DNA of 64,000 nucleotides from Chlamydiales bacterium (GTDB lineage Bacteria; Chlamydiota; Chlamydiia; Chlamydiales; JAAZZY01): NCBI GenBank assembly GCA_965206695.1, contig CBDBKM010000003.1, positions 95,825 to 159,824 of the forward strand, read 5' to 3'. Shown piece by piece: positions 52,280 to 64,000 of this stretch (position 1 is its first letter; each line of letters starts with the position of its first letter). The notes under the pieces were generated by a model. It saw only the letters and a program-made list of their open reading frames with translations, ran no database searches and was not told where the DNA came from. The position numbers and the translations under genes were made by a program.

Positions 52280-53373
52280 TACTCATCACGAATAAACCTC
52301 CGGATATTTTGTATTCGTATAGTGTAAATTGTTTTGTATGAATTCATTTTTAACACTATCAGAAGAAAAGCATCTCAGACAGCAACATAAACGAGAAAAG
52401 AATGGTCGTATACGAGATCGTATCAAGGCTGTTCTATTGTCGAATAAAGGTTGGAGTAATACTCGTATTGCTGAAGCTGTGCTTTTAGACGATGAAACAG
52501 TGTCTCGTCACATTAAAGAATATCAAAATAAACAGCAATTGCATGTAGAAAGCGGTGGTTCAGTCAGTAAACTTCTTGCGCCACAGTCAGAAGAATTCAT
52601 TAAACATTTAACAACTCATACCTATGTCAAAGTAGAAGATATCTGTTCTTATGTTCTCGCGAAATATGGCATTGTTTATACGATTTCAGGGATGACTTCT
52701 TGGCTACACTCACATGGTTTTTCCTATAAAAAGCCTAAAGGTACACCGGCTAAGGCAAATTCTGATCAACAAAAAGCTTGGATGCAATTTTACGCCAAGC
52801 TTATGGCATCTCTGCCTAAAAATGAGCCTGTTGAATTTGCTGATGGTGTACATCCAACTATGGCAACTAAAATTTCTTATGGTTGGATTCGACCGGGAAC
52901 AGATAAATTGATTGCAACAACAGCTTCTCGTACTCGAATGAATCTTATGGGGTCTATCAATTTAAACAGTATGAAGGTAACAATAGATGCTTATGAAACA
53001 TTAAATAGCGGTACCATGGCAAAGCATTTTGCTTTGCTACGGTCAAAATACCTCTCAGCTCCAAATATCCATCTTATTTTAGATCAAGGCCCTTATAATA
53101 CAAGTATTCAGACCAAACAAGAAGCAGAAAAACAAGGTATTATTCTCTATTATTTACCTTCTTACAGTCCTAACCTCAATCCCATTGAACGATTATGGAA
53201 AGTGATGAATGAATATTGTCGCAATAATCGGTTTTTTAATTCTGCTAAAGAATTTCGGAGATCGATTACCGGATTTTTTGAAAATACTTGGCCCTCTATT
53301 GCTCAATCAATGAGGAAACGAATCAATGATCATTTTCAAGTCTTAGAATCGGCACTTTGATTCATAAGGGGTA
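52280..53373 (+). mobile_element. IS630 type B, intact (1094 bp)
   Basis: Near-identical to 16877-17970. Confidence 0.93.
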
Positions 53374-53377
53374 TATA

Positions 53378-54302
53378 TAGTGAATAAACTTTAATATTTC
53401 ATATATTACACACCTCAACAAAAGCACTATCGATAGCTTCTGCTAACCCTGAATAGAGCTTAAGAGTTTCTTTTATTTTTCTTTTAAAATTTGCCCAAAA
53501 TTGCTCAATTGGATTTAGATCAGGAGAATAAGGAGGCAGAAATAAAATACGGCACCCTTTGCTTTGGATAATGTCTATGGTTTCCTTAGACTTGTGAAAA
53601 CTTACATTATCCATAATAACAACCTGCCCGGGCTTCAATTCAGGAATAAGTACCTGCTCAAGCCATGTATTGAATAATAGCGTATTGCAAGTACCGGTAT
53701 AACAAAAGGGAGCAAAAATACGTGATTCATTTTTTGCTGCTATAAAGCTTTCCCTCTGATAACGATGACCTGATACGGCTCCATAAATCAATTTTCCCTT
53801 CAAAGCTCTGCCATGTTGACGATCGAGATATTCATTGATACCGCTTTCATCAATATAGACTCTATTTTCAGGAGGGATGTGCTTTAACTCTTTTTGAAAC
53901 ACCTCTCTTTTTTTCTCATCCCGTTCCCTGTAGAAGGGCGTCTTTTTTTTAAAGTGATCTTTAAGCGCTTACATGCTTTGCATATGGCGTTAACGGATAC
54001 ACTGAAAACAGCAGCTATTTCTCTCAAATAGCTGTCAGGATGCTTTTCAATATAATGATTCAGTTTATCTCCGTCAATTTTATAAGGTTTGCGTTTTCTT
54101 GTTGTCGCGGCAGCTAAACGACCTGCTTTTTTTCTATTTATCCAATTCAATAAAGTACGTGTTGTTACACCAAAAATACGCCCGGCCTCTACCTGAGAGC
54201 CTCCTCCTTCTATATAGGCTAAAGCCTTTTGTCTTAAATCAGTTGAATATGCCATGTCAAAAAAATAACATATATAAAAGAAAAATTAAAGTTTATTCAC
54301 TA
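53378..54302 (-). mobile_element. IS630 type C (orfA 53884-54255, orfB 53399-53902)
   Basis: IR tagtgaataaacttta; MAYSTDLR; YIDESG / MDNVSFH / PPYSPDLNPIE. Confidence 0.92.
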
Positions 54303-54469
54303 TATGTCACGAGCATGATATTCGCTAGTAAATACGTTGAGCATACTTCAGGAGCAGGATACCTGCACCCGCTACATCAAAAACGCCTTTCCGCATGAGC
54401 AGAAACTCGACAAGAGGAGAGAGTAGATTGCATCTTCTGTAAAGTGCCTATTTCTAAAAGAAGCATTTA

Positions 54470-55404
54470 TAGTCATTTAATTTTACATTGATAAGATTGC
54501 TTGATCAATGGCGAATTTAAAATTCGTAACTTTTCGTAATATCTCTCTAACTTTATTTTTCATATTAGCCCAATATTTTTCTATAGGATTTAAGTCCGGA
54601 GAATAGGGAGGAAGAAACATAAGCTTACAACCGGCAGAGTCTACTGTTTTCCTGCTTTCCGCTGACTTGTGAAAACCGGCATTGTCAAGAATAAGAACAC
54701 TACCGGGTGTAAGCTGAGGAGTCAAAACTTCCTTAAGCCAAATATTGAATAACCCGGTATTACAAGTACCTTCAAAACACATTGGAGATAAAAACTGCCC
54801 TTTAGATAGGGCTGAAATAATATTTTGCCTTATAAAGCGGTTTCCTGAAACCGCTCCAAAAACTTTTTTGCCGCGTAAGCTTCTTCCGGACTCACGAAAT
54901 AAAAATTGATGAATCCCGGTTTCATCGAGATAAATTCTCTTGTCAAAGGGAATATTTTTTAAATTTTTCATAAAAGCTTCCCGTTTCTTTTCATCTCTTT
55001 CCTTATAGCGAGTAGTTTTTTTTTTCGTGTAATTTTTAATCTTTTAAGGGCATAAAAAATCGTTTGCGGAGTGACTGAAAAATAATCAGCAATTTCCGAT
55101 AAAAAATAATCCGGATGTTTTTCTACATATTTAGATAACAACTCATCATCTAATTTCTTATAAGCATATTTTCTGCGGATTGGCTTTAAATGTCCTTTTT
55201 GCTTTTTTTGCAAGATCCATCGATATATTGTTGCGATACCTACTTGAAAAATATGGCCGGCTGTTTTTTTATCATGATGTTTTTCTATATGTTGTAATAC
55301 TTTCTCTCGAAGATCTACTGAATAGGCTCTAGGCATTGTTTTGTCCTTACTGTTTGTATAAAAAAAGAAGGATAACATATTATCAAATAAAAATTAAAAT
55401 ACTA
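54470..55404 (-). mobile_element. IS630 type A, intact (935 bp)
   Basis: Near-identical to 48489-49423. Confidence 0.93.
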
Positions 55405-55413
55405 TAGAGGTTT

Positions 55414-55908
55414 TCAATCCGAAGAATTTGTGCTATAATAGAGTACAAGTTTGTTGCACTTCATAGTTGAAAAGACAGGGTTTATAACTTTTTCTCGAAT
55501 CAAATCATCAAATATTTTTCGATATTGATAAGTAGTTGTACCTTTCGAAAAAAATATGATGAAATGTTCAATTGCTTTTTCCACACTATCGCTATTTTGG
55601 AGTTTAGTACTCTCCGGTTTGCTGGGATTTATACCTGTCACCCACAAAAAAGGAATATCATTGTATTCACAAATCTCTTTGATAGTAGAAAGAGGAGTGA
55701 CTTCAGGGTCTATTAATTCAGGAAATAGTTTGTCCTCAGGTACGTCAATTTCTTTTATGGTATGCTGTTCTGGTTTTGCACTAGGGTTGTATCGTGCTGA
55801 CATAGCAACAGGTTTGCCTTTCCAATAACCCGAGAAGAACCCTCCCGTATAAATCTTTTTCTTTACCATTTTGGTTTCTTTATTTTTTTTAGCCAAAAAT
55901 CGCCTCAT
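55414..55908 (-). CDS. Hypothetical protein downstream of the integrase
   Basis: 164-aa ORF with no recognisable motif; the start may be the later ATG (MVKKK). Confidence 0.5.
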   Translation of the reverse strand: MRRFLAKKNKETKMVKKKIYTGGFFSGYWKGKPVAMSARYNPSAKPEQHTIKEIDVPEDKLFPELIDPEVTPLSTIKEICEYNDIPFLWVTGINPSKPESTKLQNSDSVEKAIEHFIIFFSKGTTTYQYRKIFDDLIREKVINPVFSTMKCNKLVLYYSTNSSD

Positions 55909-56968
55909 TCATTTTTTCCACAGCGTTTGAAAGATGCTTTTCTGTTAGATGTGTATATCTCTTCGTAACGTCGAGTCTCTTATGAACCAGCAAAATTCCT
56001 ATTTCAGTAAGACTCGATCCGGACATTGCCATATAGCTCGCTGCTGAATGACGGAGATCGTGAAATCTAAAGTCACAGATACCGGTATTTTTGAGGGCTT
56101 TTATCCAAGGCTTTCTTAAATTAATTGGACGATTTGGGTTCTTTCCCGGAAATAGAAGGTTGGTTGTGGTTCTCTTTTGATGCAGATGTTGTTTTAGAAG
56201 CTCCAATGGGAGTCTGGCTAATGGAACTACTCTGCTAGATTTATTTTTCGTTTTTTCTAGAATGATTTGCTTTCTGAAAAGATCGACTTGATCCCAGATA
56301 AGTGTCATTATTTCACTACGACGCATACCGGTACTTATAGCAAGAATCACAACGAGGTAGAGATAAGGACTATCACTTTTTTGACATTCAAGTACTAGTC
56401 TCTTTCTTTCGTTATCGTTGAGGAATCGCACTCTTCCCGGTGGTTCTTTGGGTTTAGTAACATTTGCAACCGGCGATGTTTCAATCCAACCATATTCTTT
56501 AATCCCTATAGTAAAAACTCGGCTAAGTGATGCTATATACCGAACAACCGTTGAGGGACTTCTTTGCTTTCCTTTATTTGTTGGGGTAATGAGAAGCTCA
56601 TCTCTTCCATCTGCAATGAGTGCCGGGGTAACATCTGATAGGAGGTAACAGCCTATCCGGCTTTTCCACCATTTAAGATGAGTTCTTTTTGCTTGAGGTG
56701 GATGAAATTGTTTGATATATCGATCGATCATATCAGCAAGGGTATATTTTTTCGCTGCGGATATTTTGAAATACCTCCCTTCTCGAATTGCCGCTTCGGT
56801 TTGCTGAGCCCATCTTTTGGCATCTGTGACTCGAGCAAAAGTAGCAGTTTGTGTTGGGTGCCCCTTGAGTCGAATAATCACTTGGTACCTCGTTTTTCCC
56901 AACTGATCTTTTCTCTTTTTATATGTTGCCATTCTTAGCCTCGTATAGTTTAGTTTAATGAACCACAT
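55889..56968 (-). CDS. Tyrosine recombinase/integrase
   Basis: TGMRRSEI, KTKN, FHDLRHSAAS, LLVH (usually LGH), TKRYTHL. Confidence 0.93.
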   Translation of the reverse strand: MWFIKLNYTRLRMATYKKRKDQLGKTRYQVIIRLKGHPTQTATFARVTDAKRWAQQTEAAIREGRYFKISAAKKYTLADMIDRYIKQFHPPQAKRTHLKWWKSRIGCYLLSDVTPALIADGRDELLITPTNKGKQRSPSTVVRYIASLSRVFTIGIKEYGWIETSPVANVTKPKEPPGRVRFLNDNERKRLVLECQKSDSPYLYLVVILAISTGMRRSEIMTLIWDQVDLFRKQIILEKTKNKSSRVVPLARLPLELLKQHLHQKRTTTNLLFPGKNPNRPINLRKPWIKALKNTGICDFRFHDLRHSAASYMAMSGSSLTEIGILLVHKRLDVTKRYTHLTEKHLSNAVEKMNEAIFG

Positions 56969-57022
56969 AAGACAACGTTTCTTATGGCTACACGATATCC
57001 CACAACAGAATAGAAGAAATGC

Positions 57023-57209
57023 TATATCGCTTATCGGACTTTTTGGTATCCGAAAGAAGCATTTTTAGATCCACAGTGTGTTTTTTGAACGAAGTGGAGC
57101 ATTAAGAATTAGAGAGATAAAAAAAGCAGTTAAGTTTTAAACTTAACTGCTTCCTTTTCAAGATCTCCGGATGCTGGGCTCGAACCAGCGACAAATAGAT
57201 TAACAGTCT
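57023..57209 (-). repeat. Island direct repeat (att), second copy
   Basis: Matches 43240-43426. Confidence 0.95.
57124..57152 (-). terminator. tRNA-Asn terminator
   Basis: aagcagttaagtt-tta-aacttaactgctt hairpin with a U-run on the minus strand; duplicated in the other att copy. Confidence 0.8.
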
Positions 57210-57237
57210 ACTGCTCTACCAACTGAGCTAATCCGGA
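57165..57237 (-). tRNA. tRNA-Asn(GTT)
   Basis: TCCGGATTAGCTCAGTTGGTAGAGCAGTAGACTGTTAATCTATTTGTCGCTGGTTCGAGCCCAGCATCCGGAG forms a cloverleaf; no encoded CCA. Confidence 0.96.
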
Positions 57238-57286
57238 ATAATGTAGAAGGAAAACTCTAAATAAAGGATGTGTTTAATGCAAGAGA

Positions 57287-58144
57287 TTAACGATCAGATG
57301 ATGACTTTTCATCTCTTTGAGGTGGAGCAAAGAGTTTTTTAAATAGACCGGTGGTCTTTTGGATGGCTTCAGCAGGTTCTTCAGAGATATTTCCAAGGCT
57401 TTTGATCGTCCCTTGAATATCGCCTGTCTCGATTCCTTGTAATAATTTACCTGACAACTGCTTTGTTCCTTCCATGATAGCTTGATATCCTGCTTCTTTT
57501 CCAAAATAAGAGAGCAGGGTAGAGCCTATAATATTAAAGACTTCGTTAGATGTTAGAGGTTGTTTAGCTCCCATTCCATTGATTTGTATTTTGGATATAA
57601 CAGGAAGTTCTATAGGCTTGGAAAATAACGCTTTATTATCAAATGAGAACTTCATGTCTTTGATAAGGAATTGATTAATGACAAATTTTTTCTGAGATTC
57701 GTTCGCTTGTTGTTTATCCGATCCGGTTTCAGTAACTTTATTAATCATTCTAGACCAATTATTATCACTACCGTTGATATTGTATATCTCTACCGTGAAA
57801 CGGGGGCGATCTACTGTAACCTCTTTTATTGTGATGACATCTTTAAAAAAAGTAAAAGGGCTGGCTTGAAGATTGATAGACTCGATACTTAAAGCATTGG
57901 GAAAAGTAGAGTTGGGTGGGTTTTTAATAACTAATTTTCTTATCGTTAAGCTAGAAAAAGAAATGGACACATCAATCTCTTCAATGGTAACGGGTGTACC
58001 TAAAGTTTTAGTAAGCATGCGAGAAGCTATTGGAGCTCTTTGCGTCCAGAAATAAATCCCGATTCCTATGATCGCGAGGATAATGACTAATATTACAGCT
58101 TTAATAAAGTTAAACATACCATCTTCTTTTAAGATTGTCATCAA
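57287..58144 (-). CDS. AsmA-like membrane-anchored protein
   Basis: N-terminal TM, LGTPVTI..L.I.NP motif, SDNNW. Confidence 0.6.
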   Translation of the reverse strand: MMTILKEDGMFNFIKAVILVIILAIIGIGIYFWTQRAPIASRMLTKTLGTPVTIEEIDVSISFSSLTIRKLVIKNPPNSTFPNALSIESINLQASPFTFFKDVITIKEVTVDRPRFTVEIYNINGSDNNWSRMINKVTETGSDKQQANESQKKFVINQFLIKDMKFSFDNKALFSKPIELPVISKIQINGMGAKQPLTSNEVFNIIGSTLLSYFGKEAGYQAIMEGTKQLSGKLLQGIETGDIQGTIKSLGNISEEPAEAIQKTTGLFKKLFAPPQRDEKSSSDR

Positions 58145-58193
58145 AACTCTCGTGTAACAGAAGGATGTTTATTTGTCACCTTAACGATGTAAG

Positions 58194-58985
58194 TCAAAAA
58201 GGATTAGGAATGTCGATGAAAGTGTGTTCGATATTAAATTGCTTTGATAGGTGATCACCTAAGGCTCTGGGCCCTATTTTTTCGGTATTTGAGTGACCCA
58301 TAGCAAAAAAATGGATCTTTTCTTCATGAGCAATATGCCAAATAGGCTCATCAAAGGAGCCGGTAATAAAACAATCTACTTTAGCTTTTATAGCATCAGT
58401 AATTTCTCGATGGGCGCCACCTGAAATTAGAGCCGCAGAAGAAACCGTTGATTTTCCACCAAGAGCAGTATAGGCAGGATGTTGGTAGTATTCTTCTAAT
58501 TTTTTTGTAAAATCATCTACCGGCATTGCTTTGAATGTTCCTTTAACGCCTAAGTATGAATTTCCAAGCCTCTCTCCAAAAGGTTCTAAGTTTTGCCAGC
58601 CCATCTCTTTGGCGGCACACCAATTATTTCCATATTGCTGATGGCAATCCAAAGGGAGATGATACGCTAAAAGAGCAATATTATTATCAAAAAGAAGTTC
58701 AAGCTTTCTTTTTTTTACTCCTAGAATACGGAAACTATCCTTATTCCAAAACATGCCATGATGAACAAGTAAAGCCCCGGCTTCCATATCAATAGCAGCT
58801 TTAATAGTGGCTTCACTACCGGAGACGGCTGAGGCAATTTTTTGCACAGAATCCACACCTTGTACTTGCAATCCATTAGGACAAAAGTCATTAATTGTTG
58901 AACAGTTCAAGAGAGTGTAAAGGTAATTAACAAGTTCAGATAATGATATCATTATGTTTAAGAATCTCCTTTTTTCTTGCTTCAA
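58194..58985 (-). CDS. Nif3-like dinuclear metal protein (YbgI family)
   Basis: NGLQVQG, LVHHG, YHLPLD.H, GHSNTE. Confidence 0.92.
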   Translation of the reverse strand: MKQEKRRFLNIMISLSELVNYLYTLLNCSTINDFCPNGLQVQGVDSVQKIASAVSGSEATIKAAIDMEAGALLVHHGMFWNKDSFRILGVKKRKLELLFDNNIALLAYHLPLDCHQQYGNNWCAAKEMGWQNLEPFGERLGNSYLGVKGTFKAMPVDDFTKKLEEYYQHPAYTALGGKSTVSSAALISGGAHREITDAIKAKVDCFITGSFDEPIWHIAHEEKIHFFAMGHSNTEKIGPRALGDHLSKQFNIEHTFIDIPNPF

Positions 58986-59028
58986 TTGGCCGGTTGCTTA
59001 AAATAAATTATATAGAGGAAAAAAAAAT

Positions 59029-59706
59029 ATGTCTAATGATAAAGCGAAAAAGGCTGTTGGTTGTGCTGCGGCTGATTTAATTGAAAATAATATGAAGGTA
59101 GGTTTAGGGACAGGTTCTACAGCTTATTTTTTTATTGAACGATTAATTGAACGAACCAAGCAAGGGTTAAAAATATCTGCAGTAGCTACTTCTAGACGCT
59201 CTTCGAAGCAAGCAAAAAAAGGAGGCATTCAAATAATCGAGCCGAATGATCTTTTAACGTTAGATGTTGATGTCGATGGAGCAGACGAAATAGATCCCGA
59301 AATGCGTATGATTAAAGGAGGGGGTGGCGCTCTTTTAAAAGAAAAAATTATTGCGAGTGCCAGTAAGGAAATGATCATTGTCATAGATGAGAGTAAGCTA
59401 GTCGATAGATTAGGAAAACATGTTATACCAATTGAAATCATTCCTTTTGCATTTAATGCAACGATCACCAGATTAGAGGAAAAAGGGTACAAGGGAAGAC
59501 TTCGTAGCGGAGAAGACGGCAAGGTATATGTAACAGATAATGAGAATTATATTTTTGATGTGCAACTGCCAAAACCCACAGATACCCCGGAAAAAATTGA
59601 AAGAGAAATAATTGACATTGCGGGTGTTGTTGAGACAGGTTTTTTTCTTAACCTGGCTTCCAAAGTAATAATAGGATATCATGATGGTCGCATTGAAATG
59701 AAATAA
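59029..59706 (+). CDS. rpiA: Ribose-5-phosphate isomerase A
   Basis: GLGTGST, DGADE, KGGGGAL. Confidence 0.97.
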   Translation: MSNDKAKKAVGCAAADLIENNMKVGLGTGSTAYFFIERLIERTKQGLKISAVATSRRSSKQAKKGGIQIIEPNDLLTLDVDVDGADEIDPEMRMIKGGGGALLKEKIIASASKEMIIVIDESKLVDRLGKHVIPIEIIPFAFNATITRLEEKGYKGRLRSGEDGKVYVTDNENYIFDVQLPKPTDTPEKIEREIIDIAGVVETGFFLNLASKVIIGYHDGRIEMK

Positions 59707-59767
59707 TAATATTGGTTCGTGTTTAAATAGATTTGAAAATAATAATAAAATAAAAAAGGTAGTCATC

Positions 59768-60178
59768 ATGTCGGAACTTATTCAGGTTTCTTTTGATAAG
59801 ATTATGCAGACTCGTACCTATACGGTTGTTATCTTAGGAACAAAGGAAAAGCGTTTTGCTATCTATACAGAGCCGGAAGTCGGTCGTTCTATTCAAACGC
59901 ATTTCACAGGAATTGAAAAACCCAGACCTTCTACTTTTGATCTTATTAGTATGTTATTTCAGGGTTTAGATATTCGTATAAAACAAATCGTTATCAATGA
60001 TATTCAAGATACAATCTATTTTGCACGCCTTTTCATTGAACAGAGGTTTGATTCTGAGCGTTATATTATTGAAGTGGATGCTCGTCCAAGCGACTGTATT
60101 ACACTCGCTTTAATGCATAACGCACCTGTTTATTGCACCAAAGAAGTATTGGATAAAACAATAAAAATAGAAGAATAA
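59768..60178 (+). CDS. Bifunctional nuclease domain protein (DUF151)
   Basis: PRPSTFDL, DARPSD. Confidence 0.88.
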   Translation: MSELIQVSFDKIMQTRTYTVVILGTKEKRFAIYTEPEVGRSIQTHFTGIEKPRPSTFDLISMLFQGLDIRIKQIVINDIQDTIYFARLFIEQRFDSERYIIEVDARPSDCITLALMHNAPVYCTKEVLDKTIKIEE

Positions 60179-60186
60179 AAGTGCGT

Positions 60187-60510
60187 TTAAAAACTTACAT
60201 GAAATTGTTTTTGAGCGAGATTCAAAATTGAGTTTATGGCATCTTCAGCATCTTCTCCTATTGCTTCAACAAATACATTAGTTCCTTTCGCCGCTGCCAA
60301 CATTAAAATTCCTAAAATTGACTTAGCATTTACTATGTTGTCTTGAACAGTTAAACGTACTTGCGATTTAAAAGTGCTAGCACATTTCACTAATTCAGTA
60401 GAAGGACGTGTATGTAGTCCTTTGTCATTAGTAACGGTAAAAGAGCCTGAGACTTTATTAATCTTAGGTCGACCTTTACTTTTAAAAAGTGTCGGCTCGC
60501 AACGAACCAT
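60187..60510 (-). CDS. ptsH: Phosphocarrier protein HPr
   Basis: GLHTRP, NAKSILG. Confidence 0.93.
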   Translation of the reverse strand: MVRCEPTLFKSKGRPKINKVSGSFTVTNDKGLHTRPSTELVKCASTFKSQVRLTVQDNIVNAKSILGILMLAAAKGTNVFVEAIGEDAEDAINSILNLAQKQFHVSF

Positions 60511-60566
60511 GAAACCTCACCATGTAAAATAAGAATAACAGATTAAGAAATACTTCTATTCGATAT

Positions 60567-62421
60567 TTAATCGCAAATATTTTTTTCATAAATATTTTCT
60601 TTGCCTTCAGTAATATTGTGTAACTGACTCAGTTCATCTATTAGAGAATCAAATATTTGTAATGCAGAAAGAATAGGTTTAGGGCTACACATATCAACGC
60701 CGGCAATTTTTAAAAGCTCTAAAGGGAAGTGGTGACCGCCGGTTTTTAGAAAAGAAAGATACTCTTGTTGATCTTTTTCATTTTCATCTAATATTTTTTT
60801 TGAAAGTGCAAGAGCTGCGCTGATACCTGTTGCATATTGATATACATAAAAATTGGAATAAAAATGAGGAATGCGAGCCCATTCAATAGCTACAACGGGG
60901 TCAATAACGGTATCTTTACCGAAATAAAGTTGATTCAGCTTGTCATATTCTTTTTTCAAAAGAGTTGGAGTAAGAGGGATATCGGTTTCTGAAAATTGAT
61001 GTAATAACAATTCAAATTCGGCAAATTGAGTCTGACGAAAAAGTGTAGCACGGATGTTATCCAATTTATGGTTGATAAGATCGATTTTTTCTTGATTATT
61101 CTTTGAACGTTTAAATAAGTATTGCCATAACAGTTCTTCATTGAATGTAGAGGCGACTTCTGCGACAAAAATAGGATAGTTAGCATAGCAATACGGTTGG
61201 GATCGGCGGCTTAGGAGGCTATGCATACTATGACCGGCTTCGTGTGCTAGAGTAAATACGTCGTTTAAAGTCCCTTTATAATTTAATAAGATGTAGGGAA
61301 AGCTATCATAACATCCACCGGAATAAGCTCCTGATCTTTTATTTTCATTTTCAAAGCGGTCAACCCAACCTTCTTTTTTTAACCCCTGCCTTAGATTGGT
61401 TTGATAGTCGGTACCTAAAGGAGCGACGGATTCGATAACCATATTTTCGGCTTCTTCATATGAATAACTTTTTTCTTTTTCGTTTGAAAGAGGCACATAC
61501 ATATCATAAAGGTGAAGTTCTTTAAGATTGAGAAGCTTTTTACGTAGAGATATGTATCGATGTAAAGAACCTAAATTGTCTCTAACTGTCTTGATTAAAT
61601 TATGATAGACGTTAACATCAATATTTTTAGGATATAAGGAGGCTTCTAAACAAGTTTGATAATGACGAGCGCGCATGTTGAAAAGATGACATTGAACATG
61701 GCCATTCAGAAGCTCGGTAATAGTGTTTTCATATTCAAAGTACTTGTTATGAAGAGTATTGAAAGCATTTTTTTCTGATTTCTTGGTTAGGGTTTCTTAG
61801 AAAAAGCTGATAGCTCCCATGAGTCAATTCCTTGTCGATATTATCTGTATCTTTTATCCTTCCAAAAGAAAAGTCAGCATTATTAAGAACACTGAAAGCT
61901 TTTTGTGGAGTACTCAAAGGTAAAGCTGCTAAGGCAATTAATTCCTCTTTCTCTTTAGAAAGAGTATGTTTTTTCATTCGAAACAAGGTTTCTAAATAGA
62001 ATTTGTATTCTTTAAGTTCTTTTGAAACCGAATAGACCCGGATTGTATTATCACTAAAAGAAAGGATTTCAGGCTCTAGCCATGCACTTTTGTTGATGAA
62101 GTCATGATATAAGGCGGCAATTTGGTGCTGTTTGCCTTTCCGGTCATCATCAGATAAGTTTTCATCATAGCGATGCTGAGTGTAAGTATAGAGTTTTGTA
62201 AGTTCACGACTAAGAGAAAAATATTCTTTTAAAGTAGACTGTAAATTATGGTGACTATCATGAAGTTTTCCTTTGAAAGTCATGATTTTAGACCAACCTG
62301 AGTCGTTTCGTTTATTCTTCATAAGAAGAGTGAAAGCATCAGACCATTCTTGAGAAGAAGAATAAAATGCTTTCATATTCCATTTGTCATCATCAGAAAT
62401 GTCCGATCTTTTTTGAGTCAT
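60567..62421 (-). pseudogene. pepF: Oligoendopeptidase F split by a +1 frameshift in a homopolymer
   Basis: KRSGAYS, HEAGHSMH, AEVAST. Deleting one base of the T7 run at 61768-61774 joins the two ORFs. Confidence 0.88.
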
Positions 62422-62522
62422 AAATTATACCCTATCAATTAGTTGAAATCGATGATCTAAGATAAGGCTATTAGCTGCAAGTAAAAAAACTATCCCGTTT
62501 ATTTATAGAGATTTAAAAAAGC

Positions 62523-62549
62523 TTGGCACTCACAGTTAAAAACTGCTAA
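62523..62549 (+). promoter_or_regulatory. CIRCE (HrcA operator)
   Basis: TTGGCACTC-N9-AACTGCTAA versus consensus TTAGCACTC-N9-GAGTGCTAA, upstream of groES. Confidence 0.85.
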
Positions 62550-62556
62550 TTTTTAG

Positions 62557-62586
62557 TTGCAATAAAAGGATTTCTCTTTTTATAAT
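62557..62586 (+). promoter_or_regulatory. sigma70/sigma66-type groE promoter
   Basis: TTGCAA-N18-TATAAT. Confidence 0.7.
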
Positions 62587-62693
62587 GGTACTTTCCAAAG
62601 ATAGATTGATGATCAAGATTAAAAAATCATTTAGCTACCCGGGATAAAAAATATTTAAAGTTTATCGTAATACAATAAAGAGAAGGAGAAGAG

Positions 62694-63005
62694 ATGACTA
62701 AGCAAATGGAACAAGTTAAGATCAAACCTTTAAGCGATCGTGTTTTAGTAAAACGCTTAGAAGGAGAAGATACTCTTAAGGGAGGAATTATTCTTCCTGA
62801 TTCAGCAAAGCAAAAGCAAGAAAAAGCAAAGGTTATTGCTGTGGGTGCAGGCAAGAAGACCGCTAATGGTGAGACAATGCCGATGCCTGTACAAGAAGGT
62901 GATATTGTTCTTATGGATCAGTATGGTGGACAAACAATAGAAGTAGATGGCGATGAATACATTATTTTACGTTCTGATGATATTATTGCTATTGTAACCC
63001 AATAA
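62694..63005 (+). CDS. groES: Co-chaperonin GroES
   Basis: KPLSDRVLV, GGIILPD. Confidence 0.97.
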   Translation: MTKQMEQVKIKPLSDRVLVKRLEGEDTLKGGIILPDSAKQKQEKAKVIAVGAGKKTANGETMPMPVQEGDIVLMDQYGGQTIEVDGDEYIILRSDDIIAIVTQ

Positions 63006-63041
63006 AGAATTAAAAAATTTTAAATAGGAAGGAGTTGTTAA

Positions 63042-64000
<959 letters not shown>

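Larger units (their letters stand above)
52228..54469 (+). pseudogene. RING-H2-like zinc-finger gene disrupted by IS630-B and IS630-C
   Basis: Removing both IS and their TA duplications gives MSTIQFSQNITKDDLCAICHEHD. Downstream reads HTSGAGYLHPLHQK(R)LSA(*)..DCIFCKVPI. Confidence 0.7.
43240..57209. mobile_element. Integrative genomic island at tRNA-Asn (~13.8 kb)
   Basis: Flanking direct repeats, tyrosine integrase next to the tRNA, TA module, RM relic. Confidence 0.9.

Overview
A low-GC (~35%) bacterial chromosome segment, most likely from an IS-rich member of the Chlamydiota. This is inferred from the murF-mraY-murD-LysM-ftsW-murG-murC/ddl-ftsQ-like order, the murC-ddl fusion, and the CIRCE-controlled groES-groEL. 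Housekeeping blocks (MATE, glgP, recD2, tal, dcw cluster, rib operon, rpiA, ptsH, pepF, groESL) alternate with heavily nested IS630, IS1634, IS200/IS605, IS30, IS256, IS701 and IS5 elements and relics. A tyrosine-integrase island of about 13.8 kb sits at tRNA-Asn between 187-bp direct repeats. It carries a toxin-antitoxin pair, an orphan hsdS, a NUMOD3-repeat/SET-domain fusion (candidate DNA-binding host-chromatin methyltransferase effector) and a hidden RING-H2 pseudogene split by two IS630 copies. Three other signals stand out. (1) A family of ~295-bp IS605-derived miniature elements retains a TnpB omegaRNA scaffold with an extra ~67-nt structured domain; one copy has given FtsW a new 64-aa C-terminus. 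(2) There is a eukaryotic CMGC-type kinase. (3) CCGG is in strong excess, with apparent directional CTGG/CCAG-to-CCGG changes in decayed transposases. All calls were made by eye from the sequence and ORF track; no searches were run.
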